Assembly: GCA_963701965.1 (NCBI GenBank)
Contig: OY969695.1
Span: 4,032,001 to 4,096,000, forward strand
Direction: 5' to 3'
Length of the DNA: 64,000 nucleotides
DNA from: an uncultured Gemmatimonadales bacterium
Lineage (GTDB): Bacteria > Gemmatimonadota > Gemmatimonadetes > Gemmatimonadales > Gemmatimonadaceae
A model generated the notes under the pieces. It searched no databases. It was not told the DNA's origin and worked only from the letters and a program-made list of their open reading frames with translations. Below, piece by piece: positions 1-9,319 of the stretch (positions within the stretch are counted from its first letter, which is position 1; each line of letters opens with the position of its first letter). Made by a program: the position numbers and the translations under genes.

Positions 1-562
1 GGTCCTGTACCTCCGCGAGACCGTCGTCCTCCCCAACGTCGGTCCCCACGGCGACGCCTACACGCCCTATATCCTCAGCGTCTTCTTCTTCATCCTGTTC
101 TGTAACCTCCTGGGCCTCATTCCGTACGGATCCACTGCCACCGGCAATGTCTCCGTCACCGCGGCCCTGGCCCTCATCTCGTTCATCGTGATCGAGATCT
201 CCGGGATGGTCTCCCTCGGCAAGAAATACTGGAGCACCATCTTCTATTGGAATCACGACCTCGCCCTCCCCATCCGGGTCCTGCTGTTCTTCATCATGAC
301 CCCGATCGAGATCGTGTCCAAGCTCACCAAGCCCTTCGCTCTCACGATCCGTCTCTTCGCCAACATGACCGCCGGCCACGTCGTGCTCCTCGTGCTCATC
401 GGTCTCATCTTTACATTCCATAACATCTGGATCGTCCCCGGCCCCATCCTCCTGGGCGTCGCCGTGTCGTTCCTGGAACTGTTCGTCGCGTTCCTGCAAG
501 CGTTCGTGTTCGCCCTCCTCACGGCCGTCTTCATCGGCCAGATCCGCCAGGCGGCCCACTGA
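1..562 (+). CDS. atpB: F0F1 ATP synthase subunit a (5' truncated by window edge)
   Basis: Motifs KPFALTIRLFANMTAGH and ELFVAFLQAFVFALLT; the frame stays open upstream of 188 to the window start. Confidence 0.95.
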   Translation, partial: VLYLRETVVLPNVGPHGDAYTPYILSVFFFILFCNLLGLIPYGSTATGNVSVTAALALISFIVIEISGMVSLGKKYWSTIFYWNHDLALPIRVLLFFIMTPIEIVSKLTKPFALTIRLFANMTAGHVVLLVLIGLIFTFHNIWIVPGPILLGVAVSFLELFVAFLQAFVFALLTAVFIGQIRQAAH

Positions 563-702
563 CCGCTCCTCAGTGAGCCGAACGTAACCGGCCGAATGGC
601 CGGCCAAGCCCATTGAGGCCCGGGCCTCGCTGATGGGCGACGTCCAGAAGACCGGACGCGGAGCAGTGACTCGGATTTTTTCAAAGCACGGAGAAGAAAG
701 TC

Positions 703-984
703 ATGGTGCACCACCTCGCTACGTTCCTCCAAGCCGCCGGCTCGTTCTCGCGGGAGTACGAAGGCGCCTGGGGCATGCTCGGCGCCGCGGTCGGCGCCGG
801 CCTCTCGGCCATCGGCGCCGGCATCGGCATCGGGCGCATCGGCGGGCAGGTTGCCGACGGTATGGCCCGCCAGCCCGAACTCGCCGGTACCATCCAAACC
901 GGCGGCCTCATTCTCGCCGCCCTCATCGAAGGCGTCGCGCTCTTCGGCGTCGTCATCGCGTTCCTCGTCGTCAACAAATTCTGA
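703..984 (+). CDS. atpE: F0F1 ATP synthase subunit c
   Basis: GAGIGIG glycine repeat, RQPE loop, LIEG carboxylate; GA-rich RBS upstream. Confidence 0.95.
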   Translation: MVHHLATFLQAAGSFSREYEGAWGMLGAAVGAGLSAIGAGIGIGRIGGQVADGMARQPELAGTIQTGGLILAALIEGVALFGVVIAFLVVNKF

Positions 985-991
985 TGGCGTC

Positions 992-1021
992 GACGGTGAT
1001 GGGCCCGGGCCCGTCACCGTC
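992..1021 (+). promoter_or_regulatory. 13-bp stem-loop in the atpE-atpF spacer (possible mRNA-stabilising or attenuating hairpin)
   Basis: GACGGTGATGGGC-ccgg-GCCCGTCACCGTC with one G-U pair; no U-tract. Confidence 0.5.
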
Positions 1022-1046
1022 CCCTCGCGCCGGAGCACCGCTGCCC

Positions 1047-1628
1047 ATGCGTCGTCTCTTTTGGTCCCTCGCCCTGTTCGCCCCCACCGCGCTCGTCGCG
1101 CAGGAAGCGGCCCCCAAAGCCCCGCCCTCGCTGCTGACGCCCAACGGTGGCCTCATGGTGTGGACGATTTTCATCTTCCTGATCGTCCTCTTCATCCTGT
1201 CCACCAAGGCGTTCAAGCCGATCACGGCCGCCGTCGAGGCCCGTGAGAAGGCCCTGACCGACGCCCTCGAAGGCGCCAAACGCGATCGCGAAGAAGCCGC
1301 GAAGCTCCTGAACGAGCAACGCAAGCAGATCGAAGCGTCGCGCGACGAGGGCCAGAAAGTCATCGCCGATGCCCGCGCCGCCGCCGAGCAGGTCCGCACC
1401 GGCTTGCTCGAAGACACGCGCAAGCAACAGCAAGACCTCCTCGAAAAGGCGCGGCGCGAGATCGGCAACGAACGCGACAAAGCGATCGCCGAGCTCCGGC
1501 GCGAAGCCGTCGACCTGGCCATCGCCAGCGCCTCCAAGGTCATCGAGAAGAACCTCGACGACCGGTCCAATCGCGAGCTGGTCGAGAAATTCCTCTCGTC
1601 CCTCGACGCCAAGCCGGGATCGCGCTGA
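1047..1628 (+). CDS. atpF: F0F1 ATP synthase subunit b
   Basis: TM segment (GLMVWTIFIFLIVLFIL) followed by a long charged coiled coil; ATG at 1047 is in frame with the 633..1628 ORF. Confidence 0.92.
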   Translation: MRRLFWSLALFAPTALVAQEAAPKAPPSLLTPNGGLMVWTIFIFLIVLFILSTKAFKPITAAVEAREKALTDALEGAKRDREEAAKLLNEQRKQIEASRDEGQKVIADARAAAEQVRTGLLEDTRKQQQDLLEKARREIGNERDKAIAELRREAVDLAIASASKVIEKNLDDRSNRELVEKFLSSLDAKPGSR

Positions 1629-2191
1629 TGCAATCCGGGACCGTCGCCCGCAACTACGCCGAGACGCTCCTCGCGCTGGCCGCGCGCGCCGAGGACACCG
1701 CGGGCTGGGCCACGATGATCGGTGACATCGCCAACGCCGTCCGCCGCAATGTCACCCTGCAACGGTTTCTGGCTTCGCCCAAGATCGCGCCCCGCGAAAA
1801 GAAAGCCGTGCTGAAGAAAGCCCTCGGCGACCGCGTGCCCCGCATCTTCCTGCGCTACCTCGACACGCTGATCGACAACCGCCGCCAGACGCTCATCCCC
1901 CAGATCGCCGCCGCCTACACCGACCTCCTCGAGGAGCGCGAGGGCCGCGTACACGCCGACGTCACCGTGGCCCGCGCGATCGACGGCGATGACGAAGGCG
2001 CCATCGCCCGCAACCTGAGCCGCGTGCTCAGCAAGACCGTCGTACCGCACATCACGATCGATCCCGCGATCCTCGGAGGCCTCGTGGTCCGCATAGGCGA
2101 CACGGTGATGGACGGTTCCGTCCGCCGCCGCCTCGCCGCCCTCCGCCGTCGCCTCGGTGGCAGTGCCACGGCCAACTTAGCCGGGCGCTGA
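1628..2191 (+). CDS. atpH: F1 ATP synthase subunit delta
   Basis: VARNYAETL N-terminus; IDPAILGGLVVRIGDTVMDGSV motif. Confidence 0.95.
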   Translation: MQSGTVARNYAETLLALAARAEDTAGWATMIGDIANAVRRNVTLQRFLASPKIAPREKKAVLKKALGDRVPRIFLRYLDTLIDNRRQTLIPQIAAAYTDLLEEREGRVHADVTVARAIDGDDEGAIARNLSRVLSKTVVPHITIDPAILGGLVVRIGDTVMDGSVRRRLAALRRRLGGSATANLAGR

Positions 2192-2244
2192 ACCCGCGCT
2201 GACGACGCGACGGCGCTCGGCCCGCCTCGTCGCTTTCCTGGCGC

Positions 2245-5200
2245 TTGGGCTTCCGTCGGCCGGCGCCGCCGTCGCGTCATCTCCTGTTTGGCCAGGCGCC
2301 CATCGCCCGGACTTCCCCGCCGTCCGGCGACACCGCGGGATACTGGCAGCAACACGTCGACTATCGGATCACCGCGCGCCTCGATGAGGCCACCGCGATC
2401 CTCCACGCGCACGCGACCCTGCGCTATGTGAACCATGCGCCGGACACGCTCCGCGCGTTGTACTTCCATCAGTACCTGAACGCGTTCCGGCCACACTCGG
2501 CGTGGAGCGCGGCCGACGAGCGGGAAGGGCGCGTCCGATTCCAACATTTGCGGGATCCGGACTACGGATTCGAACGCTTCACCGCGCGACCGGACGTGAA
2601 CGGCGTCCCGGTCACGCCCGACTACCCGGGCGCGCCCGATAGCACCGTCGTCCGCTTTCCGCTGCCGCACCCACTGGCGCCCGGCGACTCGTGCGTCGTC
2701 ACGTTGCAATGGGATGCGCGGTTATCCACGGTGCCCCGCCGCCAAGGGCGGCGCGGTCGGAGCTACGATTTCGCGCACTGGTATCCCAAGGTCGCCGTGT
2801 ACGATCGGCTGGGATGGGAGGCGCGCGCCCTGACCCCGGCCGGAGAGATGTACGGCGAGTTCGGCGACTACGATGTCTCGCTCGCGCTGCGCGATGATCA
2901 GATCGTCGGCGCCACGGGCGTCGTCGCCGCCGGAGACCCGGGCTGGGCCCGCGTGTCGCATACGCCCGGGTTCCCGCGCGCGCGCCCGCGCGCACTGAGC
3001 GCACCGGCGCCCGGATTCAAGATGGTCCGATTCTCGGCCCACGACATTCACCAATTCGCCTGGTCGACATTGCCCGACTACCGGTACGAGGGCGGGCAGT
3101 ATACCACCCAGACGGACGTGCCGGAGCGCGCGATCGACATCCATGTCTTGTACAAGCCCGGCGACGAACGGACGTGGGGTCGAGGCATCGCGGTCCGGCG
3201 CACGGCCAATGCCCTGGCCTGGCTGGAGTCCGTGTACGGCCCGTATCGCTACCCGCAGATCACGAACGTGCACCGCCTCGATGGCGGCGGCACGGAATTC
3301 CCCATGATGATCATGAACGGCTCGGCCTCGCAGGGCCTGATTCTCCACGAGACCGGCCACATGTACACGTACGCGATCCTCGCCAACAACGAGTGGGCCT
3401 CGGCGTGGATGGACGAGGGCCTGACGGAGTACCAGACGGAATGGGCCGAACGGCTCACCCGCGCCGACCGGCACCAGCCGGCGACCGGTCCCCAGATCGC
3501 CATCGCGGCCGAAGGCGTCGCGCCGCCGAAACCCCACGGGTACCGCGCGCTGGCCCTGACCCCATCATTCGGCGAACGCGGCGACATCCAACAGTATCGT
3601 CTCGACGTGCTGCGCCACGCCGAACCGCTGGGACAACCGGCGAATCAGTTCAGCGAATTCGGCATCTACAACGCCATGGTCTACGATCGCGCCGTACGAA
3701 TGTACGGCGCGTTGCGCGATGTGATGGGCGAATCCGCCTGGCACCGCTTTCTCCACCAGTACTACGCCGACTGGGCGTTCAAGCACGTCGACGAGTTGGC
3801 GATGCGCACGGAGGCCGAGCGCGCCGCCGGCCGCGATCTGAGCTGGTTCTTCGACGAGTGGCTGCGCCACACCGGACTGGTCGAATACGCGCTCGGCACC
3901 TGGGTCACGACGCCCGACGGCGCGGGCTGGAGCACCACGGTCACGGTGCTCCGCCGCGGCCCGTATCTCCATCCGATCCCGGTCGGCGTCCGCACCGCCG
4001 ACGGCTGGACCTTGGGCCGCTCGGAACCGCTGCGCGATCCGGACACTGTCCGGGTGCACACCCGGTTGCACCCACGAGACGTGCGCCTCGATCCCAAGGA
4101 GCAGACGGAAGATTGGTGGCGCATCGACAACGCCGACATCATGGTGCCGTGGCTCGACGACCGGTCGTCGCGCGTCACCCTGGACTGGCCGCTGCTCGAT
4201 CAGTGGCGCGCCGACCGGTTCGTGACGGCGATCCTGCCCTACGTCTGGTACAGCGACCCGGGGCACGCCACGCCGGCGATCCGCTTCCGGACCAACTATC
4301 AAGGATGGCTCGACCGCATCACGCTCGGGCTGGCCATGCCCGTCGGTCCCGGCGTGCCGGCCCGGTCGCGCGTGCAAGGATGGGCGACCCTGAGCGATCC
4401 CGCCGCCGGCGGCAAACTGACCCCCGGACTCTCCATCGGCGACTGGGCGCTCGATGGCGTGGATCGCTTTCAGCTGGCGCGCACGTGGGACGTGAACCGC
4501 TTCGTGTACGCCAACGGACCGATGGAGTCGATCACGGCGGCGCTCACCGGAACGTTTCCGTACGACGACACGTTCTTCGACCCCGCGCGCTGGGAAGGAC
4601 ACAATACCATGTCGGCGTCGCTCGCCGGCGCGCTCCGCACCCGCGCGCCGGACACGCTGCGCGTCCGCGCGACGCTCGATGGCGGCCTGGTGCTGGGCGG
4701 GTCCAACGCGACACGCGGCTATGTCCGCATCGATGCCGCCATCGCGAAAATCTGGGGCAGCGAGGACGGCACCGGACGGATCGCCATCCGCGGCTACGCG
4801 GGCTACGACCCGCGGGCCCCGATCGAGCGGGCGATATTCCTGTCGTCGCTCGACCCGACGGAGACCTTCACCAATGACTACCTCCGGCCTCGCGGCGCGC
4901 CGCTGGCGCGTCCGGATGTGCACTTCACGGCACTCGGCGGCGCCGGCCTGCGCGGGTACGATCCGCGGCTGGCCGTGCCGGCGATCGCGGCGATCAACGT
5001 CGACGCATCGACCCGGATCATTGCGTTCTCCGACCGGCCGCGCCCCTTGGGGATGTACGTCGGTGCTTTTGCCGACGCCGGCACGACGTTCCGGAGCGGT
5101 GCGCTCGCCAGCGCGGCGCCGGCCGGCGCCGGCGCGCTCCAGGAACACCTGCTCGCCGACGCCGGTGTGGGCGTCGCGCTGCGGGGGTATGTTTATGACC

Positions 5201-5334
5201 GGGACGTACGGATACGCGTCGATATTCCGTTCTTCGTCGCGCAGCCGTCGCTGGCCGCCGGACGACTCGGCGCGGGCGGCGACACGAACGTGGCTGCCTG
5301 GCGATGGAGCTTGTCTTTCAACGACTTATGGTGA
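2245..5334 (+). CDS. M1-family zinc aminopeptidase with C-terminal beta-strand-rich domain; true start uncertain
   Basis: GGTEFP (GAMEN-like), HETGH...WMDEGLTEY, YWQQHVDYRI N-terminal motif; a signal-peptide-like stretch lies in another frame at 2199-2295. Confidence 0.85.
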   Translation: MGFRRPAPPSRHLLFGQAPIARTSPPSGDTAGYWQQHVDYRITARLDEATAILHAHATLRYVNHAPDTLRALYFHQYLNAFRPHSAWSAADEREGRVRFQHLRDPDYGFERFTARPDVNGVPVTPDYPGAPDSTVVRFPLPHPLAPGDSCVVTLQWDARLSTVPRRQGRRGRSYDFAHWYPKVAVYDRLGWEARALTPAGEMYGEFGDYDVSLALRDDQIVGATGVVAAGDPGWARVSHTPGFPRARPRALSAPAPGFKMVRFSAHDIHQFAWSTLPDYRYEGGQYTTQTDVPERAIDIHVLYKPGDERTWGRGIAVRRTANALAWLESVYGPYRYPQITNVHRLDGGGTEFPMMIMNGSASQGLILHETGHMYTYAILANNEWASAWMDEGLTEYQTEWAERLTRADRHQPATGPQIAIAAEGVAPPKPHGYRALALTPSFGERGDIQQYRLDVLRHAEPLGQPANQFSEFGIYNAMVYDRAVRMYGALRDVMGESAWHRFLHQYYADWAFKHVDELAMRTEAERAAGRDLSWFFDEWLRHTGLVEYALGTWVTTPDGAGWSTTVTVLRRGPYLHPIPVGVRTADGWTLGRSEPLRDPDTVRVHTRLHPRDVRLDPKEQTEDWWRIDNADIMVPWLDDRSSRVTLDWPLLDQWRADRFVTAILPYVWYSDPGHATPAIRFRTNYQGWLDRITLGLAMPVGPGVPARSRVQGWATLSDPAAGGKLTPGLSIGDWALDGVDRFQLARTWDVNRFVYANGPMESITAALTGTFPYDDTFFDPARWEGHNTMSASLAGALRTRAPDTLRVRATLDGGLVLGGSNATRGYVRIDAAIAKIWGSEDGTGRIAIRGYAGYDPRAPIERAIFLSSLDPTETFTNDYLRPRGAPLARPDVHFTALGGAGLRGYDPRLAVPAIAAINVDASTRIIAFSDRPRPLGMYVGAFADAGTTFRSGALASAAPAGAGALQEHLLADAGVGVALRGYVYDRDVRIRVDIPFFVAQPSLAAGRLGAGGDTNVAAWRWSLSFNDLW

Positions 5335-5702
5335 GCGGACGACACGCGGTGCGCACGGTCCCCAAGCCCTGGGGACACGAGACGATTTGGGCCCACACGG
5401 ACACCTACGTGGGCAAAATCTTGCATATCAAGGCCGGGCACGCGCTGTCGCTACAGTTTCACAACCTCAAGGACGAAACGATCCACTTGCTGTCTGGCGA
5501 GATGATCTATCGTGTCGAGATCGATGGCGAGCTCCGCGACGTGAAACTCAAGGCCGGGGAATCCTACCGGAACGTGCCGGGCACCATCCATCAGATGGAG
5601 GCGGTGACGGACTGCGACGTGCTGGAAGCATCGACGCCGCACCTGGACGACGTCGTTCGGCTCAAGGACCGCTACGGACGCGAGGGCACCAGCACACCAT
5701 GA
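5328..5702 (+). CDS. cupin-domain protein (mannose-6-phosphate isomerase C-terminal-like)
   Basis: VPKPWGHE, LSLQFHNLKDET, EASTPHLDDVVRLKDRYGR. Confidence 0.85.
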   Translation: MVSGRHAVRTVPKPWGHETIWAHTDTYVGKILHIKAGHALSLQFHNLKDETIHLLSGEMIYRVEIDGELRDVKLKAGESYRNVPGTIHQMEAVTDCDVLEASTPHLDDVVRLKDRYGREGTSTP

Positions 5703-6691
5703 AGGTCATCATCCCGCTCGCCGGCAAAGGCACGCGCCTGCGCCCGCACACGCACGTGACGCCGAAGCCCATGCTCAAGGTCGCCGGGAAGCCGGTCATG
5801 TCGTACATCATGGACGACCTGGCGCGGTTGGGCGCGATCGATCAGGTGGTCTACATCACCGGGCATCTCAAGGACCGCGTCGAGGCGTACGCCAAGAAGC
5901 ACTACCAGTTCCCGGCGGTCTTCATCGAGCAGACGGTGCAGGACGGCACGGCGGGCGCCGTCGCCCTGGCCCGGCCGTATGTCGACCAGCCGGTCTTGAT
6001 CGTGTTCGTCGACACGATCTTCGACGCCGACCTGTCGGTGATCAACACGACGGGCGACGATGGCATCATCTGGACGAAAGAAGTCGAAGACTACCAGCGC
6101 TTCGGCGTCGTCGTCACCGATGCCAAAGGGCACATGACGCGGATCATTGAGAAGCCGTCGGAGCCGATCTCCAAGCGGGCCAACATCGGCCTCTACTACA
6201 TCAAGAACTGGAAGCTGTTGTACGAAGGGATCGATCACGTGCTCACGCAGCCGAAGAACAAAGGCGAGTACTATCTCACCGATGCGTTCCAGTACATGAT
6301 CGACCATGGCGCCAAGATCAAGGTCATCGACGTCGATGCCTGGTACGACGCGGGCAAGCTCGACACGCTACTGGAGACGAACCGCGCCATGCTGGAGCGC
6401 GGCCGGGCGCGGCGGCCCGCCGCGGGCCTCGACGGCTCGCGCATCGTGGAGCCGGTCTACATCGAGGACGGCGTGCGCATCGCCAACTCCACCGTCGGAC
6501 CCAACGTGTCCATCGGCGCCGGCACCGTGATTGACGGCTCGACCCTGACCGACACCATCGTCGGCGCCAAGGCGTCGATCTCGCAGTCCCACCTCGCTGG
6601 CTCCCTGGTCGGGGACGAAGCGGTGCTGACCGGCGTGCGCGGCACGGTCAGCGTCGGCGATCACACGGAGCTGAAACTCGGCGCGTCCTAG
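5699..6691 (+). CDS. sugar-phosphate nucleotidyltransferase with C-terminal left-handed beta-helix
   Basis: MKVIIPLAGKGTRLRPHT..PKPML, EKP motif, hexapeptide-like tail; ATG overlaps the cupin stop. Confidence 0.9.
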   Translation: MKVIIPLAGKGTRLRPHTHVTPKPMLKVAGKPVMSYIMDDLARLGAIDQVVYITGHLKDRVEAYAKKHYQFPAVFIEQTVQDGTAGAVALARPYVDQPVLIVFVDTIFDADLSVINTTGDDGIIWTKEVEDYQRFGVVVTDAKGHMTRIIEKPSEPISKRANIGLYYIKNWKLLYEGIDHVLTQPKNKGEYYLTDAFQYMIDHGAKIKVIDVDAWYDAGKLDTLLETNRAMLERGRARRPAAGLDGSRIVEPVYIEDGVRIANSTVGPNVSIGAGTVIDGSTLTDTIVGAKASISQSHLAGSLVGDEAVLTGVRGTVSVGDHTELKLGAS

Positions 6692-7875
6692 CCGAGGCCG
6701 GCCGCGGCGACGACGATCGTAAGGGCCCGGGCGAGGCCGAGGGTGCCGGATGTGTTGTCGAACCACTCGCTCGTCGTGTGCGCGTCGCCGCCGCGCCCAC
6801 CGGCGCCGATCGCGATGGCCGGCAGCCCGAGGCTGATCGGGACATTCGCGTCCGTGGACGCGGTCGCCAACTCGGGATCCCGGCCGACGAGCCGCGTCGC
6901 GTCCACGGCCGACATTACGAGGGGATGATCGGCGGCGACTTCGCCACAGGGGCGGTCGCCGATCACCTCGACGGCGCACACGAGCGGCGGTGACCCCGCG
7001 ACCCGCCGCGCGTTTTCCTCGACCTCGGCCGCCCGGACGCACGCTTTGATCTCGCGCTCGTAGCGGTCCAGCATCCGGACCGCGGTCGCCCGCAGGTCGA
7101 CCTCCAGCCACGCCTCGTCGGCGATCGCGTTCACCGCGATGCCTCCTCCGACGCGCCCCACGCTCAGCGTCGTCCGCGGCTCCCGCGGCACCACGACGGA
7201 CGCCAGCTTGGCGATCGCCGCCCCGGCCGCGTGGACGGGATTCACCACGCCAAACGCCGCCCAACTGTGGCCGCCCGGCCCACGAAACGTGATCCGATAC
7301 CGCCGCGACCCCAGCCCGCGGTGCACGATGCGCTCGTCCCCGGCCCCATCGAGCGCGATCGCCGCGGTGACATCCGCCCGCGCCGCGCCGAAGAACGCCT
7401 TCGCGCCCCGCAGGTCGCCCGTCCCCTCTTCCCCGGTCGTCGCCACGAAGTCGATCGGCCGCTGGGTCTTGAGCCGCCGGCCGTCGATTTCCTCCGCCAA
7501 CGCCAGCATGGCCGCCAGCCCGCGGCCGTTGTCGCCGATGCCCGGCCCCAGCAAGAGATCGCCGTCATGCCGGACCCGCACCGCCGTCCCCCGCGGGAAC
7601 ACCGTGTCGAGATGCGCGCAGACCGCGACCGACGGTCCCCCCGAGGCCCCCGCGCGCCGGCCGATGACGTTGCCCGCCGCATCGATGCGGACCTGCTCCA
7701 GGCCCAGCGCCGTAAAACGCCGCGAGATCCAGGCGGCGCGCCGCTGCTCCTCGCCGGTGGGCGCCGAGATCTCCGACACCGCGATCTGCGCCCGCACGAT
7801 GGCCGCGTCGCGCGCCGTCAGGCGGCGGCGCGACTCGGCGAGCGAGGCGTGCGTCTCGAGGGTGACGCCGGGCAT
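6688..7875 (-). CDS. M20/M25/M40 family metallo-hydrolase
   Basis: AHLDTVFP, GIGDN, GEEG, GGHSW, AHTTSEW; start approximate. Confidence 0.85.
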   Translation of the reverse strand: MPGVTLETHASLAESRRRLTARDAAIVRAQIAVSEISAPTGEEQRRAAWISRRFTALGLEQVRIDAAGNVIGRRAGASGGPSVAVCAHLDTVFPRGTAVRVRHDGDLLLGPGIGDNGRGLAAMLALAEEIDGRRLKTQRPIDFVATTGEEGTGDLRGAKAFFGAARADVTAAIALDGAGDERIVHRGLGSRRYRITFRGPGGHSWAAFGVVNPVHAAGAAIAKLASVVVPREPRTTLSVGRVGGGIAVNAIADEAWLEVDLRATAVRMLDRYEREIKACVRAAEVEENARRVAGSPPLVCAVEVIGDRPCGEVAADHPLVMSAVDATRLVGRDPELATASTDANVPISLGLPAIAIGAGGRGGDAHTTSEWFDNTSGTLGLARALTIVVAAAGLG

Positions 7876-7953
7876 GAACAGGTAAATGTCAGTCCCGTCG
7901 CGATTTTGCAAGAGTGGCACCGGTGGCGGCTTTCCTGGCTACATTCGTCGGGT

Positions 7954-9204
7954 ATGGTCTACGATTGGAATATCGGCTGGGACACCACGGTGATCCACGT
8001 ACAGGACCAGACACTGCGCGACGGCGCGCAGGCTATCTCGGTCCGGCGCCCGTCGATCGAGGACCAGCGGACGCTGCTGCACCACGCCGCCGCGCTCGGA
8101 CTGCAGGCCGTCGAACTGGGGTTCCCGGCGACCGGCGCCCGCGCCGCGGCCGATGTGGCCGCGCTCGCTCGCGAGATCACCGACGCCCGGCTGCCCCTCG
8201 CCGCCACCTGCGCGGCCCGGACCCTGACCGCGGACATCGACCCGGTCACCGACGCCGCCCAGGCATCGGGGATCCCAATCGAAGTCGCGCTCTTTCTCGG
8301 CGCCTCGGGCCTCCGCCAGCGCGTCGAGGGTTGGACACTCGACGACATGCGCCGGCGCGCCGAGACGACGGTCGCGTACGCGGTGCGCGCCGGCCATCCC
8401 GTCATGTTCGTCACTGAAGACACGACACGCACCGCGCCCGAAACGTTGGTGGCGCTCTACGGCGCGGCCATCGCCGCCGGCGCGCGGCGGCTCTGTCTGG
8501 CCGACACCGTTGGGCACGCGACCCCGGCCGGTGTGCGGCACCTCGTGCGATTTGTCCGTGAGGAGATCGCGGCCCGCTCGACTGCGCCCATCGCGCTGGA
8601 CTGGCACGGACACCGCGACCGCGGCCTGGGGCTCGCCAACTGCCTGGCCGCGATCGAGGCCGGCGTCGACCGCGTCCATGCCACGGCGCTCGGGCTGGGA
8701 GAGCGCGCCGGCAACGTCGAGATGGAGCCGCTCCTGGTCAACCTGCGACTCCTGGGCGCATGGCCGACGTCCCTGGAGACGCTACCGCGCTACGCCCATC
8801 ACGCGGCGCGCGCGTTTGGCGTGGAGATTCCGGCGAGCTACCCGGTCGTGGGCGCCGACGCCTTCACCACGGGCGCGGGCGTGCACGCCGCCGCGATCGT
8901 GAAAGCCCGCGCCATGGGCGACGCGACCCTCGTCGATCGACTGTACTCCGGCGTGCCCGCCAGCGACGTAGGCCGCGTCCAGACGGTGCGGATCACGCCC
9001 CAGTCGGGAATGTCCACGGTGCGGTGGTGGCTGGAGGCCCAGGGCTTTTCGTCCGACGATCGCCTGGCCGCGCACATTCTGGCCGCGGCCAAGGGCGCGG
9101 ATCGGGCGCTCGACGATGCGGAGATCGTCGGATTGCGCGCCGCCTATCTCAGCAGCAGCGCCCGCCCGGACGCTCGTATCGCGCGCTCAACCGCTCGCGC
9201 ATGA
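7954..9204 (+). CDS. LeuA/DRE-TIM family synthase (2-isopropylmalate/homocitrate/citramalate synthase-like), lacking the regulatory domain
   Basis: DQTLRDGAQ, LADTVG, HGHRDRGLGLAN, GLGERAGN, GVHAAA. Confidence 0.8.
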   Translation: MVYDWNIGWDTTVIHVQDQTLRDGAQAISVRRPSIEDQRTLLHHAAALGLQAVELGFPATGARAAADVAALAREITDARLPLAATCAARTLTADIDPVTDAAQASGIPIEVALFLGASGLRQRVEGWTLDDMRRRAETTVAYAVRAGHPVMFVTEDTTRTAPETLVALYGAAIAAGARRLCLADTVGHATPAGVRHLVRFVREEIAARSTAPIALDWHGHRDRGLGLANCLAAIEAGVDRVHATALGLGERAGNVEMEPLLVNLRLLGAWPTSLETLPRYAHHAARAFGVEIPASYPVVGADAFTTGAGVHAAAIVKARAMGDATLVDRLYSGVPASDVGRVQTVRITPQSGMSTVRWWLEAQGFSSDDRLAAHILAAAKGADRALDDAEIVGLRAAYLSSSARPDARIARSTARA

Positions 9205-9319
9205 AGTCGTTGCGGGACAACACGGGCTCGGTCGCGTGGCGCGCGCGGTGGTGCGCCACGTAGCGATCGTAGTCGGGAGCGCCGAGCAGTGCGCGGAAGA
9301 GCGCCCGGAGAAACGTCAT
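9149..9319 (-). CDS. YbdD/YjiX (DUF466) small CstA-associated protein
   Basis: GAPDYDRYVAH...RY..GGRCC; coupled to the cstA stop. Confidence 0.9.
   Translation of the reverse strand: MTFLRALFRALLGAPDYDRYVAHHRARHATEPVLSRNDFMRERLSARYERPGGRCC

Noticed and set aside
9149..9160. Selenocysteine readthrough of the ybdD TGA
   Set aside because: The protein already ends in the family-typical RCC; no SECIS-like hairpin was identified.
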